Under the pieces are notes generated by a model, which ran no database searches, was not told the DNA's origin, and saw only the letters and a list, made by a program, of their open reading frames with translations. A DNA stretch of 63,386 nucleotides. Origin: Conchiformibius sp. GTDB taxonomy: Bacteria > Pseudomonadota > Gammaproteobacteria > Burkholderiales > Neisseriaceae. The number at the start of each line of letters is the position of its first letter. The first letter of the stretch is position 1. The DNA is taken from contig JAUNOT010000001.1 of assembly GCA_030537065.1 (NCBI GenBank), positions 5,255-68,640 on the forward strand, given 5' to 3'. The position numbers and the translations under genes were made by a program. Shown here piece after piece: positions 30,443 through 42,083 of the stretch.

Positions 30443-30556
30443 TCAACCTTGACGTTGTTTATGGCGCGGATCAGTACAAATAACGCGGACTACACGGTTA
30501 CGACGGATAACTTTGCAGTTGCGGCAAATGGGTTTTACTGAAGGTTGTACACGCAT
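30443..30556 (-). CDS. rpmJ: 50S ribosomal protein L36 (not in the ORF track)
   Basis: Manual translation [37 protein letters not shown]. Confidence 0.98.
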   Translation of the reverse strand: MRVQPSVKPICRNCKVIRRNRVVRVICTDPRHKQRQG

Positions 30557-30577
30557 AATGTGGTTCCTTTTACTGGA

Positions 30578-30796
30578 TTATCGGGCACGGAAAACAATTC
30601 GCGCTCGGGACAAATCATAAGGCGTCAGCTCAACGGTTACCTTATCACCTGGGGAAATGCGGATATAGTGCATCCGCATTTTGCCGGAGATATGGCCTAA
30701 AACGACATGGCCGTTTTCAAGCTGGACTTTGAAAGTTGCATTGGGCAAAGTTTCCAGAATTTCGCCCTGCATCTGTATGGTATCTTCTTTAGCCAT
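30578..30796 (-). CDS. infA: Translation initiation factor IF-1
   Basis: [18 protein letters not shown]. Confidence 0.99.
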   Translation of the reverse strand: MAKEDTIQMQGEILETLPNATFKVQLENGHVVLGHISGKMRMHYIRISPGDKVTVELTPYDLSRARIVFRAR

Positions 30797-30798
30797 AA

Positions 30799-32109
30799 TT
30801 ATTTACGTGATAATGTTTTCACATCGGGGCGCTTAATCAGGTCTTCATACTGCTGGCTCATCCGATAAGAAGCAAGTTGGGTATTAAAATCCATGGTTAC
30901 CACCACCAAAATCAGCAGTGACGTACCGCCCAAATAAAAGGGAATACCCAAACCGGTTGTTAAAAACTCGGGAATCAGACAAACCACAGTAATATAAAGG
31001 GCACCGTAAAAGGTCAGACGCAACACCACATTTTCCAAATAACGGGAAGTTTGTTCGCCCGGACGGATACTCGGGATAAACGCCCCGCTCTTTTTCAGAT
31101 TTTCCGCCATCTCTTTCGGGCTGAAAGCCAAAGCGGTGTAAAAATAACAGAAAAAGATAATGCTGCCTGCAAACAATATCATATAAACAGGCTGACCATG
31201 TTGTAGCTGCGCGGCAATTTTATTTGCCCAACCGGTCGGGTCTGACTGATTCAGCCAGCCGGCCAACATACCGGGCGCCATAATAATACTGGATGCAAAA
31301 ATCGGCGGAATCACACCTGCCATGTTCAGCTTAAACGGCAAATGGCTGCCTTGCCCCGACATAACCTGACGTTTGGCATAATGTACCGGCACCTTACGCA
31401 AGGCGCTTTCAAAATACACCACACCGTAAGTCAATAACAATGCACCAAAAACCACACCGATTGAAGTAAGCAGGCTGATAGCATTCTGCTGTGTTAGTGT
31501 CCACAGTTGGATAATACCTGACGGAATCCCCGACACAATACCTGCGGTAATAATCAGCGAAATACCGTTACCGATACCACGCTCGGTAATTTGCTCGCCT
31601 AACCACATCAGGAACATAGTTCCCCCCACCAAACAAGTGACGGTGGAAACAAAAAATTCAAACTGGTTGGTTACAACGATACCTTGCTGATAGACAAAAG
31701 TGGCCACACCAAAACTTTGCACGGCCGCTAATGCCACCGTACCCATACGGGTATATTTGGTAATGACTTTGCGTCCGGCATCGCCTTCCTTTTTCAAGGC
31801 TTTAAGCGAAGGAACGATTTCCGCCGCCAATTGCATAATAATGGATGCCGAAATATAAGGCATGATGCCGATAGCAAAAATACTGAAGCGCTCAAGGGAG
31901 CCGCCCGAGAACATGTTTAACATGCCCAGAATGCCACCCCCTGCGCTTTCATACAGTTTGGCTAAAGCGGCAGCATCCACACCCGGCACAGGAACGTGTG
32001 CACCGATACGGAATACAATCAGTGCACCGAGCAAAAACATCAAACGCTTCCGCAAATCCGGATTGGCCAATAAATTTGCTTTTCCTGAAGAAGACAGTTG
32101 CTTAGCCAC
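30799..32109 (-). CDS. secY: Preprotein translocase SecY
   Basis: [26 protein letters not shown]. Confidence 0.99.
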   Translation of the reverse strand: MAKQLSSSGKANLLANPDLRKRLMFLLGALIVFRIGAHVPVPGVDAAALAKLYESAGGGILGMLNMFSGGSLERFSIFAIGIMPYISASIIMQLAAEIVPSLKALKKEGDAGRKVITKYTRMGTVALAAVQSFGVATFVYQQGIVVTNQFEFFVSTVTCLVGGTMFLMWLGEQITERGIGNGISLIITAGIVSGIPSGIIQLWTLTQQNAISLLTSIGVVFGALLLTYGVVYFESALRKVPVHYAKRQVMSGQGSHLPFKLNMAGVIPPIFASSIIMAPGMLAGWLNQSDPTGWANKIAAQLQHGQPVYMILFAGSIIFFCYFYTALAFSPKEMAENLKKSGAFIPSIRPGEQTSRYLENVVLRLTFYGALYITVVCLIPEFLTTGLGIPFYLGGTSLLILVVVTMDFNTQLASYRMSQQYEDLIKRPDVKTLSRK

Positions 32110-32120
32110 TTATCAACGCC

Positions 32121-32555
32121 TTACTCTTCTACTTTGCCACCGGCCGCTTCAATCGCAGCCTTCGCACCTTTGGTTACTTTAATACCTTTTAAAGTTACGG
32201 CTTTGGTGATTTCACCGGAAGCAATCACTTTAACATTTTGGGCATTGGCGGCAACCAAACCTGCCTGTTTCAAAGTCAGTACGTCAATTTCAGACACCGC
32301 TACCAAATTCAGTTCATTCAAACGTACTTCGGCATTGAAAGCGGCAGTCAGAGAGTTAAAACCGCGTTTGGGCAAACGGCGTTGCAAAGGCATTTGACCG
32401 CCTTCAAAACCCACTTTGTGAAAACCACCGGCACGGCTTTTTTGACCTTTGTGGCCACGGCCGCCGGTTTTACCCAAACCGCTGCCGATACCGCGACCCA
32501 CACGGCGTTTAGCGTGTTTCGCACCTTCGGCGGGCTGAATCGTATTCAACAGCAT
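32121..32555 (-). CDS. rplO: 50S ribosomal protein L15
   Basis: [19 protein letters not shown]. Confidence 0.99.
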   Translation of the reverse strand: MLLNTIQPAEGAKHAKRRVGRGIGSGLGKTGGRGHKGQKSRAGGFHKVGFEGGQMPLQRRLPKRGFNSLTAAFNAEVRLNELNLVAVSEIDVLTLKQAGLVAANAQNVKVIASGEITKAVTLKGIKVTKGAKAAIEAAGGKVEE

Positions 32556-32556
32556 C

Positions 32557-32742
32557 TTAATACTCCACTTTCAGCAGGTAGCTGATTTTGTTAATCATAC
32601 CGCGATTTTGCGGGGTATCGATTACTTCAACCGTATGCTCGCGGCGGCGCAAGCCCAAGCCGCGTGCGCAGGCACGGTGTGATTCAATCGTACCAATCAG
32701 ACTGCGAACCAAAGTTACTTTAATCTTTTTTTGCTCAGTCAT
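32557..32742 (-). CDS. rpmD: 50S ribosomal protein L30
   Basis: [23 protein letters not shown]. Confidence 0.98.
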   Translation of the reverse strand: MTEQKKIKVTLVRSLIGTIESHRACARGLGLRRREHTVEVIDTPQNRGMINKISYLLKVEY

Positions 32743-33253
32743 GGTTTGCTCCCAAAATCTCTTCTACGCTCAAACCGCGCTTGGCTGCAATTTCAGCCGG
32801 TGTGTACAATTTGGACAGGCCGTCCAAAGTCGCACGCACGATGTTGTAGGGATTGGTTGAACCGTGTACTTTTGCAGAGATATTGTGTACGCCCAAAGCA
32901 TCAAATACCAAACGCATCGGACCACCGGCTTTTACACCGCTACCTTCTTTGGCAGGCTGCATGAATACACGGGTTGCACCGTGTTTACCGATGACTTCAT
33001 GATGAATGGTACCGTTTTTCAAGGGCACTTTAATCATGGAGCGGCGGGCTTGGTCCATTGCTTTTTGTACCGCAACCGGTACTTCGCGGGACTTGCCTTT
33101 GCCCATACCGATGCGGCCGTCGCCGTCACCGACTACGGTCAAAGCGGAAAACGCCATAATGCGGCCGCCTTTAACCACTTTGGTTACGCGGTTAACGGCA
33201 ACCATTTTTTCAATCAGGCCGTCGCCGCGCTCTTCTGTTTCGTGTTTTGCCAT
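32735..33253 (-). CDS. rpsE: 30S ribosomal protein S5
   Basis: [11 protein letters not shown]. Confidence 0.99.
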   Translation of the reverse strand: MAKHETEERGDGLIEKMVAVNRVTKVVKGGRIMAFSALTVVGDGDGRIGMGKGKSREVPVAVQKAMDQARRSMIKVPLKNGTIHHEVIGKHGATRVFMQPAKEGSGVKAGGPMRLVFDALGVHNISAKVHGSTNPYNIVRATLDGLSKLYTPAEIAAKRGLSVEEILGANHD

Positions 33254-33275
33254 TTTTGGTCTCCAAAAATCCTGA

Positions 33276-33629
33276 TTAGAAGCTCAAGCCGTTTTCACGG
33301 GCAGCTTCGGCCAATGCTTTTACACGACCGTGATATTGAAAACCGGAGCGGTCAAACGCTACTTTTTCAATACCGGCAGCTTTGGCTTTTTCGGCGATAC
33401 GTTTGCCCACCACGGCGGCGGCTTCTACATTGCTGCCTGATTTCAGGCTGCCGCGTACTTCGGCTTCTACGGTAGAGGCGGAAGCCAATACTTTATCGCC
33501 TTCGGCACTGATCACTTGGGCATAAATATGGCAGTTGGTACGGAATACGCACAAACGAACCATTTTCAAATCTGCAATGCGCGCACGGGTTTTGCGTGCA
33601 CGGCGCAGTCTTGCAACTTTTTTATTCAT
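33276..33629 (-). CDS. rplR: 50S ribosomal protein L18
   Basis: [19 protein letters not shown]. Confidence 0.99.
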   Translation of the reverse strand: MNKKVARLRRARKTRARIADLKMVRLCVFRTNCHIYAQVISAEGDKVLASASTVEAEVRGSLKSGSNVEAAAVVGKRIAEKAKAAGIEKVAFDRSGFQYHGRVKALAEAARENGLSF

Positions 33630-33643
33630 GATTGCGGCCTCAA

Positions 33644-34177
33644 TTATTTCTTCTTAGCTTCTTTCATGACTACCACTTCGCCGACATAGCGGACACCTTT
33701 GCCTTTGTAAGGCTCAGGCGGACGGTAACCACGAATTTCGGCAGCCACTTGACCGACAACCTGTTTGTCTGCACCGGTCAAAACGATTTCGGTTTGAGAA
33801 GGGGTTTGTACGCTCACGCCTTCAGGCATGGTGTGTACGATGGGATGAGAGAAACCCAAAGACAGGTTCAAGGTATTGCCTTGTGCCTGTGCGCGGTAAC
33901 CCACACCAATCAGTTGCAGTTTTTTCTCAAAACCTTCAGATACGCCTTTTACCATATTGGCAACCAAAGCACGCACAGTACCAGACATAGCACCGGCATG
34001 TTTGCTGGCATTGGCGGCGGCAAAAGTCAGTTGGCCGTCATTCAGCTCGATTTTCACATCACCGGTCAAAGGCAGCGACAAAGCACCGTTTTTACCTTTT
34101 ACGGTCAAGGCATCTGTTCCGAAGTTTACTTCTACGCCAGCAGGAACAGTTACTGGATTTTTCGCTACGCGAGACAT
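33644..34177 (-). CDS. rplF: 50S ribosomal protein L6
   Basis: [16 protein letters not shown]. Confidence 0.99.
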   Translation of the reverse strand: MSRVAKNPVTVPAGVEVNFGTDALTVKGKNGALSLPLTGDVKIELNDGQLTFAAANASKHAGAMSGTVRALVANMVKGVSEGFEKKLQLIGVGYRAQAQGNTLNLSLGFSHPIVHTMPEGVSVQTPSQTEIVLTGADKQVVGQVAAEIRGYRPPEPYKGKGVRYVGEVVVMKEAKKK

Positions 34178-34190
34178 CTTAAAACGCTCC

Positions 34191-34583
34191 TTAGGCAACA
34201 ATACACAACAGCTCACCGCCGACACCGGCAGCGCGCGCTTTACGATCGGTCATCACGCCTTTAGAAGTGCTGACAATCGCTACACCCAAACCGTTCATCA
34301 CGGCGGGAATTTCGTCAGAACCTTTATACACGCGCAAGCCCGGACGGGAAACGCGTTTGATTTGCTCGATTACCGGACGGCCTGCATAGTATTTCAACTG
34401 TACGGACAGTACCGGCTTGGCATCGGCGGATACGGAAAAATCTTCGATATAACCCTCTTCTTTCAAAACTTTGGCAATCGCTACTTTCAGTTTTGAAGAA
34501 GGCATGGCAACCGCAGCTTTGCTGGAACGCTGTGCGTTACGGATACGGGTCAACATATCGGAAATAGGATCATGCATACTCAT
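34191..34583 (-). CDS. rpsH: 30S ribosomal protein S8
   Basis: [20 protein letters not shown]. Confidence 0.99.
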   Translation of the reverse strand: MSMHDPISDMLTRIRNAQRSSKAAVAMPSSKLKVAIAKVLKEEGYIEDFSVSADAKPVLSVQLKYYAGRPVIEQIKRVSRPGLRVYKGSDEIPAVMNGLGVAIVSTSKGVMTDRKARAAGVGGELLCIVA

Positions 34584-34597
34584 TTTTTATACTCCTA

Positions 34598-34903
34598 TTA
34601 CCAAGAGGCTTTGATAACGCCCGGAATACCGCCGCGCATAGCGATTTCACGGATTTTGATGCGGCCCAAACCGAATTTGCGGAATACGCCGCGCGGACGG
34701 CCGGTCAATGCACAACGGCGGCGTTGGCGTACCGGAGCAGCATTGCGGGGGATGGATTGCAATTTCAGACGCGCTTCAAAACGCTCTTCGTCAGTTGCAT
34801 TGGCATCGTTGATAACGGCAAAAATCGCAGCACGCTTGGCAGCGTATTTTTTGGCCAGAGCCACACGCTTTGCTTCTCGATTAATAAGTGCTTTTTTAGC
34901 CAT
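34598..34903 (-). CDS. rpsN: 30S ribosomal protein S14 (101 aa, zinc-free type)
   Basis: [19 protein letters not shown]. Confidence 0.99.
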   Translation of the reverse strand: MAKKALINREAKRVALAKKYAAKRAAIFAVINDANATDEERFEARLKLQSIPRNAAPVRQRRRCALTGRPRGVFRKFGLGRIKIREIAMRGGIPGVIKASW

Positions 34904-34905
34904 GA

Positions 34906-35445
34906 TTAACCTTTAAAGGGAAACTTGAACAGGGACAACAAAGCCTTGGCTTCTTCGTCGGTTTTGGCGGTGGTGGTAATGGTGATGTTCAAACCGCGCA
35001 GCGCATCAATTTTATCGTATTCGATTTCGGGGAAAATGATTTGCTCGCGTACACCCATATTGTAGTTACCGCGTCCGTCAAACGATTTGCCGCTTACACC
35101 GCGGAAGTCGCGTACACGGGGCAAGGCGATGGTTACCAAACGGTCAAGGAACTCAAACATGCGTTCGCGGCGCAGGGTAACTTTGCAGCCTACCGGATAG
35201 TTGTCGCGGATTTTGAAGCCGGCGATGGATTTGCGGGCAACGGTTACCACGGGTTTTTGACCGGCAATTTTTTCCAAGTCGGCAACGGCGTGTTCCATTA
35301 CTTTTTTGTCGGCTACGGCTTCGCCCACACCCATGTTCAGGGTAATTTTTTCAATGCGGGGAACTTCCATGATGGATTTGTAGCCGAACTGTTTCATCAG
35401 CTCGGGAACCACGACGTTTTTGTAATGCTCTCTTAAACGCGCCAT
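34906..35445 (-). CDS. rplE: 50S ribosomal protein L5
   Basis: [16 protein letters not shown]. Confidence 0.99.
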   Translation of the reverse strand: MARLREHYKNVVVPELMKQFGYKSIMEVPRIEKITLNMGVGEAVADKKVMEHAVADLEKIAGQKPVVTVARKSIAGFKIRDNYPVGCKVTLRRERMFEFLDRLVTIALPRVRDFRGVSGKSFDGRGNYNMGVREQIIFPEIEYDKIDALRGLNITITTTAKTDEEAKALLSLFKFPFKG

Positions 35446-35447
35446 GT

Positions 35448-35786
35448 TTATTTACCTCGATTGGGGGCAGGCACTTCTGCACCGTTGGATTTGAATACGC
35501 GGACACGTTTTACTTTGCCTTCGCCTTCAACCAGTTTGATGCCGACACGGTCTGCTTTTTGGGTTTCGGGATTGAAAATCGCCACATTGGAAATGGCCAA
35601 CGGCATGTTTTTTACAATGATGCCGCCTTCAATGCCGCGCATGGGGTTGGGTTTTTGATGGCGCTTGGCAACGTTGATGCCGTCTACTACGACTTTGTCG
35701 CCCAAGACGCGAACCACTTCGCCCCGCTTGCCCTTGTCTTTACCGGCAATCACGATAACTTGATCGCCTTTTACAATTTTATTCAT
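35448..35786 (-). CDS. rplX: 50S ribosomal protein L24
   Basis: KOW motif [13 protein letters not shown]. Confidence 0.98.
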   Translation of the reverse strand: MNKIVKGDQVIVIAGKDKGKRGEVVRVLGDKVVVDGINVAKRHQKPNPMRGIEGGIIVKNMPLAISNVAIFNPETQKADRVGIKLVEGEGKVKRVRVFKSNGAEVPAPNRGK

Positions 35787-35798
35787 TACCGGTTTCCT

Positions 35799-36167
35799 TT
35801 ACAGCACTTCGGGTGCCAGTGAAACGATTTTCATAAAGCGTTCGGTACGCAGCTCGCGGGTTACCGGGCCGAAGATACGGGTGCCCATCGGCTCCAGTTT
35901 GTTGTTCAACAATACGGCGGCATTGTTGTCAAACTTAATCAGCGCACCGTCGGGACGGCGGATGCCTTTGGCCGTGCGCACGACAACGGCGTTGTAAACA
36001 TCACCCTTTTTCACACGGCCACGCGGGGCGGCATCTTTTACCGCCACTTTGATAATATCGCCAACGCTTGCGTAGCGACGCTTGGAGCCGCCTAACACTT
36101 TGATGCACATCACACGGCGCGCACCGGAGTTGTCAGCCACATCCAAGATGGTCTGCATTTGAATCAT
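35799..36167 (-). CDS. rplN: 50S ribosomal protein L14
   Basis: [23 protein letters not shown]. Confidence 0.99.
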   Translation of the reverse strand: MIQMQTILDVADNSGARRVMCIKVLGGSKRRYASVGDIIKVAVKDAAPRGRVKKGDVYNAVVVRTAKGIRRPDGALIKFDNNAAVLLNNKLEPMGTRIFGPVTRELRTERFMKIVSLAPEVL

Positions 36168-36325
36168 GTTGTTTAACCTTAAAAATATAACCAACTTAAT
36201 TTACCACTTTCAGGCAGCCTGCCAGCCGTGCGGCCATTCATGCTGCCTGAAACCTTGCGGTTCCAGTAAACCAGTCTTGGTCCCAAAGGGAAGACGCTCT
36301 GAATTAGAGCGGAAAGAAGCGGCGC

Positions 36326-36354
36326 AGTTTAGCGGAATTTTATTGTTCTGGCAA
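36326..36354 (-). promoter_or_regulatory. Putative spc operon promoter
   Basis: TTGCCA-17 bp-TAAACT followed by a GC-rich discriminator. Confidence 0.65.
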
Positions 36355-36403
36355 GTGTCTGATGCAAAAAGTCTGCCAGGCTGCTTTTCAGGCTGCCTGA
36401 AAG

Positions 36404-37180
36404 CTATTGTTCCAGCCATTTGCGCTTGATTCGGTCTAACGTGCCGTCTGCCTTAATTGCCGCCAAACCGGCATTTACCTGCGCCAGCAATTCTGTATTG
36501 CCTTTGCTAATCAGGAAAACAAAGTGCTGCTTTTTGGCGGCGGCATCGGCACGCAAATACACGCCTTTATCATGGAATTGGTTGGCATAATAGGTCAAAA
36601 CCACTTGGTCGCCGTAAACAGCATCGGCCTTGCCGCTTAATACGGCTTTTACGCCTTCGTAAATGCTTTCAATCGGCACAGTGGTGATTTTATCGGCATA
36701 AGGCAGACTTAAAATTTCTTTTTCAGCCATAGATTTAACGAACACCGCCACCCGTTTGTCTTTCAAATCAGCCAAACTGTTTATTTTTGCGTCTTTGGCC
36801 ACAAACAAAACAAACTGGGTATCCATATACGGCTCGCTCACTTCAAAACGGGCGGCACGCTCGGGATTGGGATACATCGCCGCCGACAGCAAATCGGCCT
36901 GTTTGTTTTCAATACTTTTGAACAGCATTTCCCAAGTATTGAGCATGGGCTTAAATTCAAAATGGATATTTTGCTTCTGCGCCACCGCCTGCAAAATTTC
37001 GGTTTCAAAGCCGCCGACATTGCCTTTACCGTCGCGAATCACAAACGGGGTATAAGGATAGGAAGTGACTTGATAGGTTTTCTGCGCCACGACTGGGCTG
37101 CCTGAAACGTTGGCTTTGGTTTCTTCTCGTCCACAGCCGAGCAACAAACCCAAACACATCAGCCATACATATTTTTTCAT
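36404..37180 (-). CDS. Amino acid ABC transporter substrate-binding lipoprotein (family 3)
   Basis: Lipobox LLGC, YTPF..GF..EI, KGNTELL..VN.GL..IKADGT. Confidence 0.9.
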   Translation of the reverse strand: MKKYVWLMCLGLLLGCGREETKANVSGSPVVAQKTYQVTSYPYTPFVIRDGKGNVGGFETEILQAVAQKQNIHFEFKPMLNTWEMLFKSIENKQADLLSAAMYPNPERAARFEVSEPYMDTQFVLFVAKDAKINSLADLKDKRVAVFVKSMAEKEILSLPYADKITTVPIESIYEGVKAVLSGKADAVYGDQVVLTYYANQFHDKGVYLRADAAAKKQHFVFLISKGNTELLAQVNAGLAAIKADGTLDRIKRKWLEQ

Positions 37181-37279
37181 ATTGCATTACTCACATATAA
37201 ATCTGCCGATTGAAGCACATCCCCCTATTCAACCACTTTGACATTTATCAAAACATTTCAGGCAGCCTGAAAAAGCAAA

Positions 37280-37314
37280 AAGCGGAGTTTGCAATCATCT
37301 TGCAAACTCCGCTT
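37280..37314 (-). terminator. S10 operon terminator
   Basis: 15-bp perfect stem AAGCGGAGTTTGCAA/TTGCAAACTCCGCTT with a T run on the minus strand. Confidence 0.85.
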
Positions 37315-37335
37315 CTATTCTTGAGGCGAAACCGC

Positions 37336-37599
37336 TTACACGGTACGCGCTTTCTCAACCAACTCTTTTACCACCCAAGCTTTGGTTTTGGACAAGGGGC
37401 GGGATTCTTCAATCACCACCACATCGCCGATACCGTATTGGTTTTGCTCGTCGTGGGCATGGATTTTGGTGGAACGGCGCACGATTTTACCGTACAAAGG
37501 ATGTTTTACCTTACGCTCAACCAAAACGGTAACCGTTTTATCCATTTTGTCGCTAACGACTTTACCCTGCAGGGTGCGGACAGTTTTTTCAGTACTCAT
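37336..37599 (-). CDS. rpsQ: 30S ribosomal protein S17
   Basis: [17 protein letters not shown]. Confidence 0.99.
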   Translation of the reverse strand: MSTEKTVRTLQGKVVSDKMDKTVTVLVERKVKHPLYGKIVRRSTKIHAHDEQNQYGIGDVVVIEESRPLSKTKAWVVKELVEKARTV

Positions 37600-37790
37600 T
37601 GCTGGCTGCCTTTTTCAGTAATAACAGTTTTGATACGGGCAATATTGCGGCGCACTTTTTTCAGTTCGCTGCTGTTGCCCAACTGGCCGGTTGCATGCTG
37701 CATACGCAAACCGAATTGGGTTTTCAGCAGAGCCAACAACTCCTGATTGAGTTGCTCAACTGATTTTTCTTTCAATTCTTTGGCTTTCAT
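37596..37790 (-). CDS. rpmC: 50S ribosomal protein L29
   Basis: [21 protein letters not shown]. Confidence 0.98.
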   Translation of the reverse strand: MKAKELKEKSVEQLNQELLALLKTQFGLRMQHATGQLGNSSELKKVRRNIARIKTVITEKGSQQ

Positions 37791-38206
37791 TATTTACCCA
37801 CCTGTCTGGTTACAAACGTGGTTGCGATCGGCAGCTTGGCCGCAGCCAGAGCAAACGCCTCACGCGCCAGAGATTCGGCCACACCGTCCATTTCATACAA
37901 TACCTTGCCGGGTTGAATTTCGGCAACATAGTATTCAACAGAACCTTTACCGCCACCCATACGCACTTGAATCGGCTTTTCAGTAATCGGTTTATCGGGG
38001 AATACGCGAATCCAAATACGGCCGCCACGTTTAATATGACGGGTCATGGCACGACGTGCCGCTTCAATTTGACGGGCGGTCAAACGGCCGCGACCGACAG
38101 CTTTCAGACCGAAATCGCCGAAAGCAACAGTATTACCGCGTGTCGCAATGCCGGTATTACGGCCTTTGTGCTGTTTGCGGTATTTCATTCTAGTTGGTTG
38201 CAGCAT
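37790..38206 (-). CDS. rplP: 50S ribosomal protein L16
   Basis: [17 protein letters not shown]. Confidence 0.99.
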   Translation of the reverse strand: MLQPTRMKYRKQHKGRNTGIATRGNTVAFGDFGLKAVGRGRLTARQIEAARRAMTRHIKRGGRIWIRVFPDKPITEKPIQVRMGGGKGSVEYYVAEIQPGKVLYEMDGVAESLAREAFALAAAKLPIATTFVTRQVGK

Positions 38207-38882
38207 GACGACCACCCTTTCTACGACGGTTTTCCTGCTCAGGTTTCGCTTGAACCTGACCCGCTTCGCCTTTATACACCCAAACTTTCAAACCAATCAC
38301 ACCATAAGTGGTGTGGGCTTCGCTGGTTGCATAATCCACATCGGCACGCAGAGTGTGCAAAGGCACGCGGCCTTCACGGTACCACTCGCTACGCGCAATG
38401 TCCGCACCATTCAAACGGCCGGAAGTCATGATTTTGATGCCTTTGGCACCGGCACGCATGGCATTTTGCATGGCGCGTTTCATGGCACGGCGGAACTGTA
38501 CGCGTTTTTCCAATTGCTGGGCGATGCCGTCGGCAATAATTTGCGCGTCCAATTCGGGCTTGCGGATTTCTTCAATATTCACGTGAACGGAAACGCCCAT
38601 CAGCTTTTCCAAATCGCGTTTCAAACCTTCAATATCAGCACCCTGTTTGCCAATCACCACACCCGGACGGGCGGAATGAATGGTAATACGGGCGGATTTG
38701 GCCGGACGCTCAATCACGACACGGCTGACCGAAGCATTGGCCAAACGTTTGCGCAGGTATTCGCGTACATCAATATCCTGTTTCAAAACATTTGCAAAGT
38801 CAGTGCTTTTGGCAAACCATTTTGAAGACCAGTCTTTATTTACAGCCAGGCGGAAGCCAACCGGATGAATTTTTTGTCCCAT
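38190..38882 (-). CDS. rpsC: 30S ribosomal protein S3
   Basis: [21 protein letters not shown]. Confidence 0.99.
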   Translation of the reverse strand: MGQKIHPVGFRLAVNKDWSSKWFAKSTDFANVLKQDIDVREYLRKRLANASVSRVVIERPAKSARITIHSARPGVVIGKQGADIEGLKRDLEKLMGVSVHVNIEEIRKPELDAQIIADGIAQQLEKRVQFRRAMKRAMQNAMRAGAKGIKIMTSGRLNGADIARSEWYREGRVPLHTLRADVDYATSEAHTTYGVIGLKVWVYKGEAGQVQAKPEQENRRRKGGRHAATN

Positions 38883-38891
38883 TGCTGTTCC

Positions 38892-39221
38892 TTAATTGCC
38901 TACTGTCACATTAATATGACAAGTTTGTTTTTCAATACGGTTGCCACGGCCTTTGGCACGGGCTTGGAAGCGTTTCAGCGATGCGGCTTTGTCCACATAA
39001 ATGGTAACGACTTTCAGCTCGTCGATATCAGCACCTTCGTTGTGTTCTGCGTTGGCAATGGCAGACTCCAGTACTTTTTTAATCAGTTCGGCACCTTTTT
39101 TGGGGCTGAACGCCAAAATATTCAATGCTTGGGCAACATCTTTGCCGCGAATCAGGTCTGCAACCAGGCGTGCCTTTTGTGCAGAGATACGGGCATTTTT
39201 ATGCGATGCAGATACTCTCAT
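38892..39221 (-). CDS. rplV: 50S ribosomal protein L22
   Basis: [20 protein letters not shown]. Confidence 0.99.
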   Translation of the reverse strand: MRVSASHKNARISAQKARLVADLIRGKDVAQALNILAFSPKKGAELIKKVLESAIANAEHNEGADIDELKVVTIYVDKAASLKRFQARAKGRGNRIEKQTCHINVTVGN

Positions 39222-39231
39222 GTTTTATCCC

Positions 39232-39510
39232 TTATTTTTTCTTGGCCTTTTTATCAGCCAAGTGGCCTTTAAAGGTACGGGTCAATGAGAACTCGCCCAA
39301 TTTGTGGCCGACCATATTGTCGCTGATGAACACGGGCACATGGGTGCGGCCGTTGTGTACGGCGATGGTTAAGCCGATGAAATCGGGCAGAATGGTGGAA
39401 CGGCGGGACCAAGTTTTAATCGGACGTTTGTCGTTGGTCGCACGAGCCGCATCAACCTTTTTCAACAAATGCAGGTCTACGTATGGACCTTTTTTCAGTG
39501 AACGAGCCAT
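39232..39510 (-). CDS. rpsS: 30S ribosomal protein S19
   Basis: [16 protein letters not shown]. Confidence 0.99.
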   Translation of the reverse strand: MARSLKKGPYVDLHLLKKVDAARATNDKRPIKTWSRRSTILPDFIGLTIAVHNGRTHVPVFISDNMVGHKLGEFSLTRTFKGHLADKKAKKK

Positions 39511-39515
39511 ATCAA

Positions 39516-40349
39516 TTAACCTTTATTTGAATAACGGCGGCGGACAATCATATTATCCGTACGTTTATTGTTGCGTGTACGGTAGCCTTTAGACGGTGTA
39601 CCCCACGGGCTGACGGGTTCGCGAGCCTCGCCGGTACGGCCTTCACCACCACCGTGCGGGTGGTCTACCGGGTTCATTACCACACCGCGTACGGTCGGAC
39701 GGATACCGCGCCAACGGTTGGCACCGGCTTTACCGATTTTTTTCAGGCTTTGCTCTTCATTGCCCACTTCGCCAACGGTGGCGCGGCAGTCAATGTGGAT
39801 GCGGCGTACTTCGCCGGAACGCAGACGAACCTGTGCATACGCGCCTTCTTTAGCCAACAGTACGGCAGAAGCACCGGCAGAACGGGCGATTTGCGCACCT
39901 TTACCGGGTTTCATTTCAATACAGTGAATGGTGGTACCGACAGGAATGTTGCGGATGGGCAGGGTGTTACCTGCTTTAATCGCAGCTTCCGAACCGGACA
40001 GCAATACTGCACCTGCCTGAATACCGCGCGGGGCGATAATGTAACGGCGTTCGCCGTCAGCGTAGCACAACAGGGCGATGTGCGCAGTACGGTTGGGGTC
40101 GTACTCAATGCGTTCTACTTTGGCAGGAATACCGTCTTTATTGCGTTTGAAGTCAATAACGCGGTAGTGGTGCTTATGACCGCCCCCTTTGTGGCGGGTG
40201 GTGATATGACCGTTATTGTTGCGGCCGGCGGTGGAGTTCTTTTTCTCCAGCAGCGGGGCATACGGCGCACCTTTGTGCAGACCTGCGGTAACCACGCGAA
40301 CCATGCCGCGGCGTCCGGCAGAGGTCGGTTTCATTTTTACGATAGCCAT
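39516..40349 (-). CDS. rplB: 50S ribosomal protein L2
   Basis: [19 protein letters not shown]. Confidence 0.99.
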   Translation of the reverse strand: MAIVKMKPTSAGRRGMVRVVTAGLHKGAPYAPLLEKKNSTAGRNNNGHITTRHKGGGHKHHYRVIDFKRNKDGIPAKVERIEYDPNRTAHIALLCYADGERRYIIAPRGIQAGAVLLSGSEAAIKAGNTLPIRNIPVGTTIHCIEMKPGKGAQIARSAGASAVLLAKEGAYAQVRLRSGEVRRIHIDCRATVGEVGNEEQSLKKIGKAGANRWRGIRPTVRGVVMNPVDHPHGGGEGRTGEAREPVSPWGTPSKGYRTRNNKRTDNMIVRRRYSNKG

Positions 40350-40351
40350 GC

Positions 40352-40666
40352 TTACTCCTTATCCGCAGCAGCAGCCGCGGCTTCCAAATCCAGCTCCTGA
40401 CCGGCGGCCAAGCTGACATAGGCTTTTTTCACATCGCTGCGGCGACCCAAAGTACGGCCGAAACGTTTGGTTTTGCCTTTGGTCGTGGTAGTGGTAACAG
40501 AAGCCACTTCCACACCGAACAGCAATTCCACAGCCGCTTTGATTTCCGGCTTAGTGGCATCAGGCAGCACTTTGAAAGTCATTTGATTGCGTTTTTCAGC
40601 CAGCAGATTGCTCTTTTCAGAAACAATAGGAGCCAAAATTACTTTCATCAGGCGTTGTTGGTTCAT
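40352..40666 (-). CDS. rplW: 50S ribosomal protein L23
   Basis: PIVSEKS, KKAYVSL. Confidence 0.99.
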   Translation of the reverse strand: MNQQRLMKVILAPIVSEKSNLLAEKRNQMTFKVLPDATKPEIKAAVELLFGVEVASVTTTTTKGKTKRFGRTLGRRSDVKKAYVSLAAGQELDLEAAAAAADKE

Positions 40667-41283
40667 ACCCATTGCTCCTCTAACTGTGCAACCGCGTCTT
40701 TAGTCAGTACGACTTTTTTGTAGCGCAGCAGGCTGTACGGATCGGTTTGCTGGGCTTCCAGAACCAATACGTTGGGCAGGTTGCGTGAAGACAGATAAAC
40801 GTTTTCGTCCAACTGTTTGGTGATAAACAGCACTTGCTCCAAACCCAAGTTTTTCACTTTATCGGCAAACTCTTTGGTTTTGGGCGTGGCGGCAGACAAA
40901 TCGTCAATCACAAACAAACGCTCGTCACGTACCAGTTGCGACAAAATCGCCGCCATACCGGCACGGTACATTTTGCGGTTTACTTTGTGGCTGAAATTTT
41001 CATCGGGTTTGTTTGGGAACGCGCGGCCGCCTTTGCGCCACAGCGGAGACGAAGTCATACCGGAACGGGCACGACCGGTACCTTTTTGACGCCACGGTTT
41101 TTTGGTGGAGTGTTTCACTTCGGCACGGGTTTTTTGGGCGCGGTTGCCGGAGCGGGCATTGGCCAAAAATGCGGTTACGATTTGATGTACCAGCGCTTCG
41201 TTGTATTCGCGGGCAAACAGGGCATCGGAAGCGGTAACGCTGCCTGAAACCTGACCTTGCGCATCAATTAATTTCAGTTCCAT
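40663..41283 (-). CDS. rplD: 50S ribosomal protein L4
   Basis: [12 protein letters not shown]. Confidence 0.99.
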   Translation of the reverse strand: MELKLIDAQGQVSGSVTASDALFAREYNEALVHQIVTAFLANARSGNRAQKTRAEVKHSTKKPWRQKGTGRARSGMTSSPLWRKGGRAFPNKPDENFSHKVNRKMYRAGMAAILSQLVRDERLFVIDDLSAATPKTKEFADKVKNLGLEQVLFITKQLDENVYLSSRNLPNVLVLEAQQTDPYSLLRYKKVVLTKDAVAQLEEQWV

Positions 41284-41930
41284 TACACACCTGCTTTCTT
41301 CACGCTGTGGCGTACAATCACATTGCTGTTTACCGCGCCGGGAACGGCACCTTTAACCAGCAGCAGATTGCGTTCTACGTCCACGCGCACGATTTCCAAA
41401 TGCTGAACGGTCGCTTTGGTGTTACCGTATTGACCGGCCATGCGTTTGCCCGGGAACACGCGGCCGGGGTCCTGCGCCATACCGATGGAGCCGGGAACGC
41501 GGTGCGAGCGTGAGTTACCGTGGGAAGTGCGTTGCGCGCCGAAATTGTGGCGTTTGATGGTACCGGAGAAACCTTTACCTTTGGAGGTGCCGGTTACGTC
41601 CACCAGCTGACCGGCTTCAAACAGGGCAACAGTCACTTCGTCGCCTGCTTTCAATTCGGCCGCTTTGTCGGCAGAAACGGCAAATTCAACCAAACCGCGA
41701 CCGGCTTCCACACCCGCTTTCGCAAAGTGACCAGCTTCGGCTTTATTGACACGGCTTGCCTTTTTCTGACCGAAGGTTACCTGAACGGCATTGTAGCCGT
41801 CGGTTGCTTCGGATTTGATTTGGGTAACGCGGTTAGCAGTCAGTTCCAACACGGTTACGGGGATGGAGCCACCCTGATCCGTAAATACGCGGGTCATGCC
41901 TACTTTGCGTCCAACCAGACCTAAAGTCAT
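41283..41930 (-). CDS. rplC: 50S ribosomal protein L3
   Basis: GRKVGMT, SKGKGF, KGAVPG. Confidence 0.99.
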   Translation of the reverse strand: MTLGLVGRKVGMTRVFTDQGGSIPVTVLELTANRVTQIKSEATDGYNAVQVTFGQKKASRVNKAEAGHFAKAGVEAGRGLVEFAVSADKAAELKAGDEVTVALFEAGQLVDVTGTSKGKGFSGTIKRHNFGAQRTSHGNSRSHRVPGSIGMAQDPGRVFPGKRMAGQYGNTKATVQHLEIVRVDVERNLLLVKGAVPGAVNSNVIVRHSVKKAGV

Positions 41931-42018
41931 GATTTTTTCCTTGTATAACAAAGGGGTCGGCTACGATTGGCCGACCTGTGGGCAAAAAATGAGACTTGGC
42001 ACGAATGCCAAGCCCGTA

Positions 42019-42048
42019 AATATAACACAGTTTTCAAACGGTTTTCAA
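42019..42048 (-). promoter_or_regulatory. Putative promoter directly upstream of rplC
   Basis: TTGAAA-18 bp-TATATT with an extended -10 TG. Confidence 0.6.
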
Positions 42049-42083
42049 GAAAAACCTGTTATGCGGAAGCAGATTGCGGCTTT

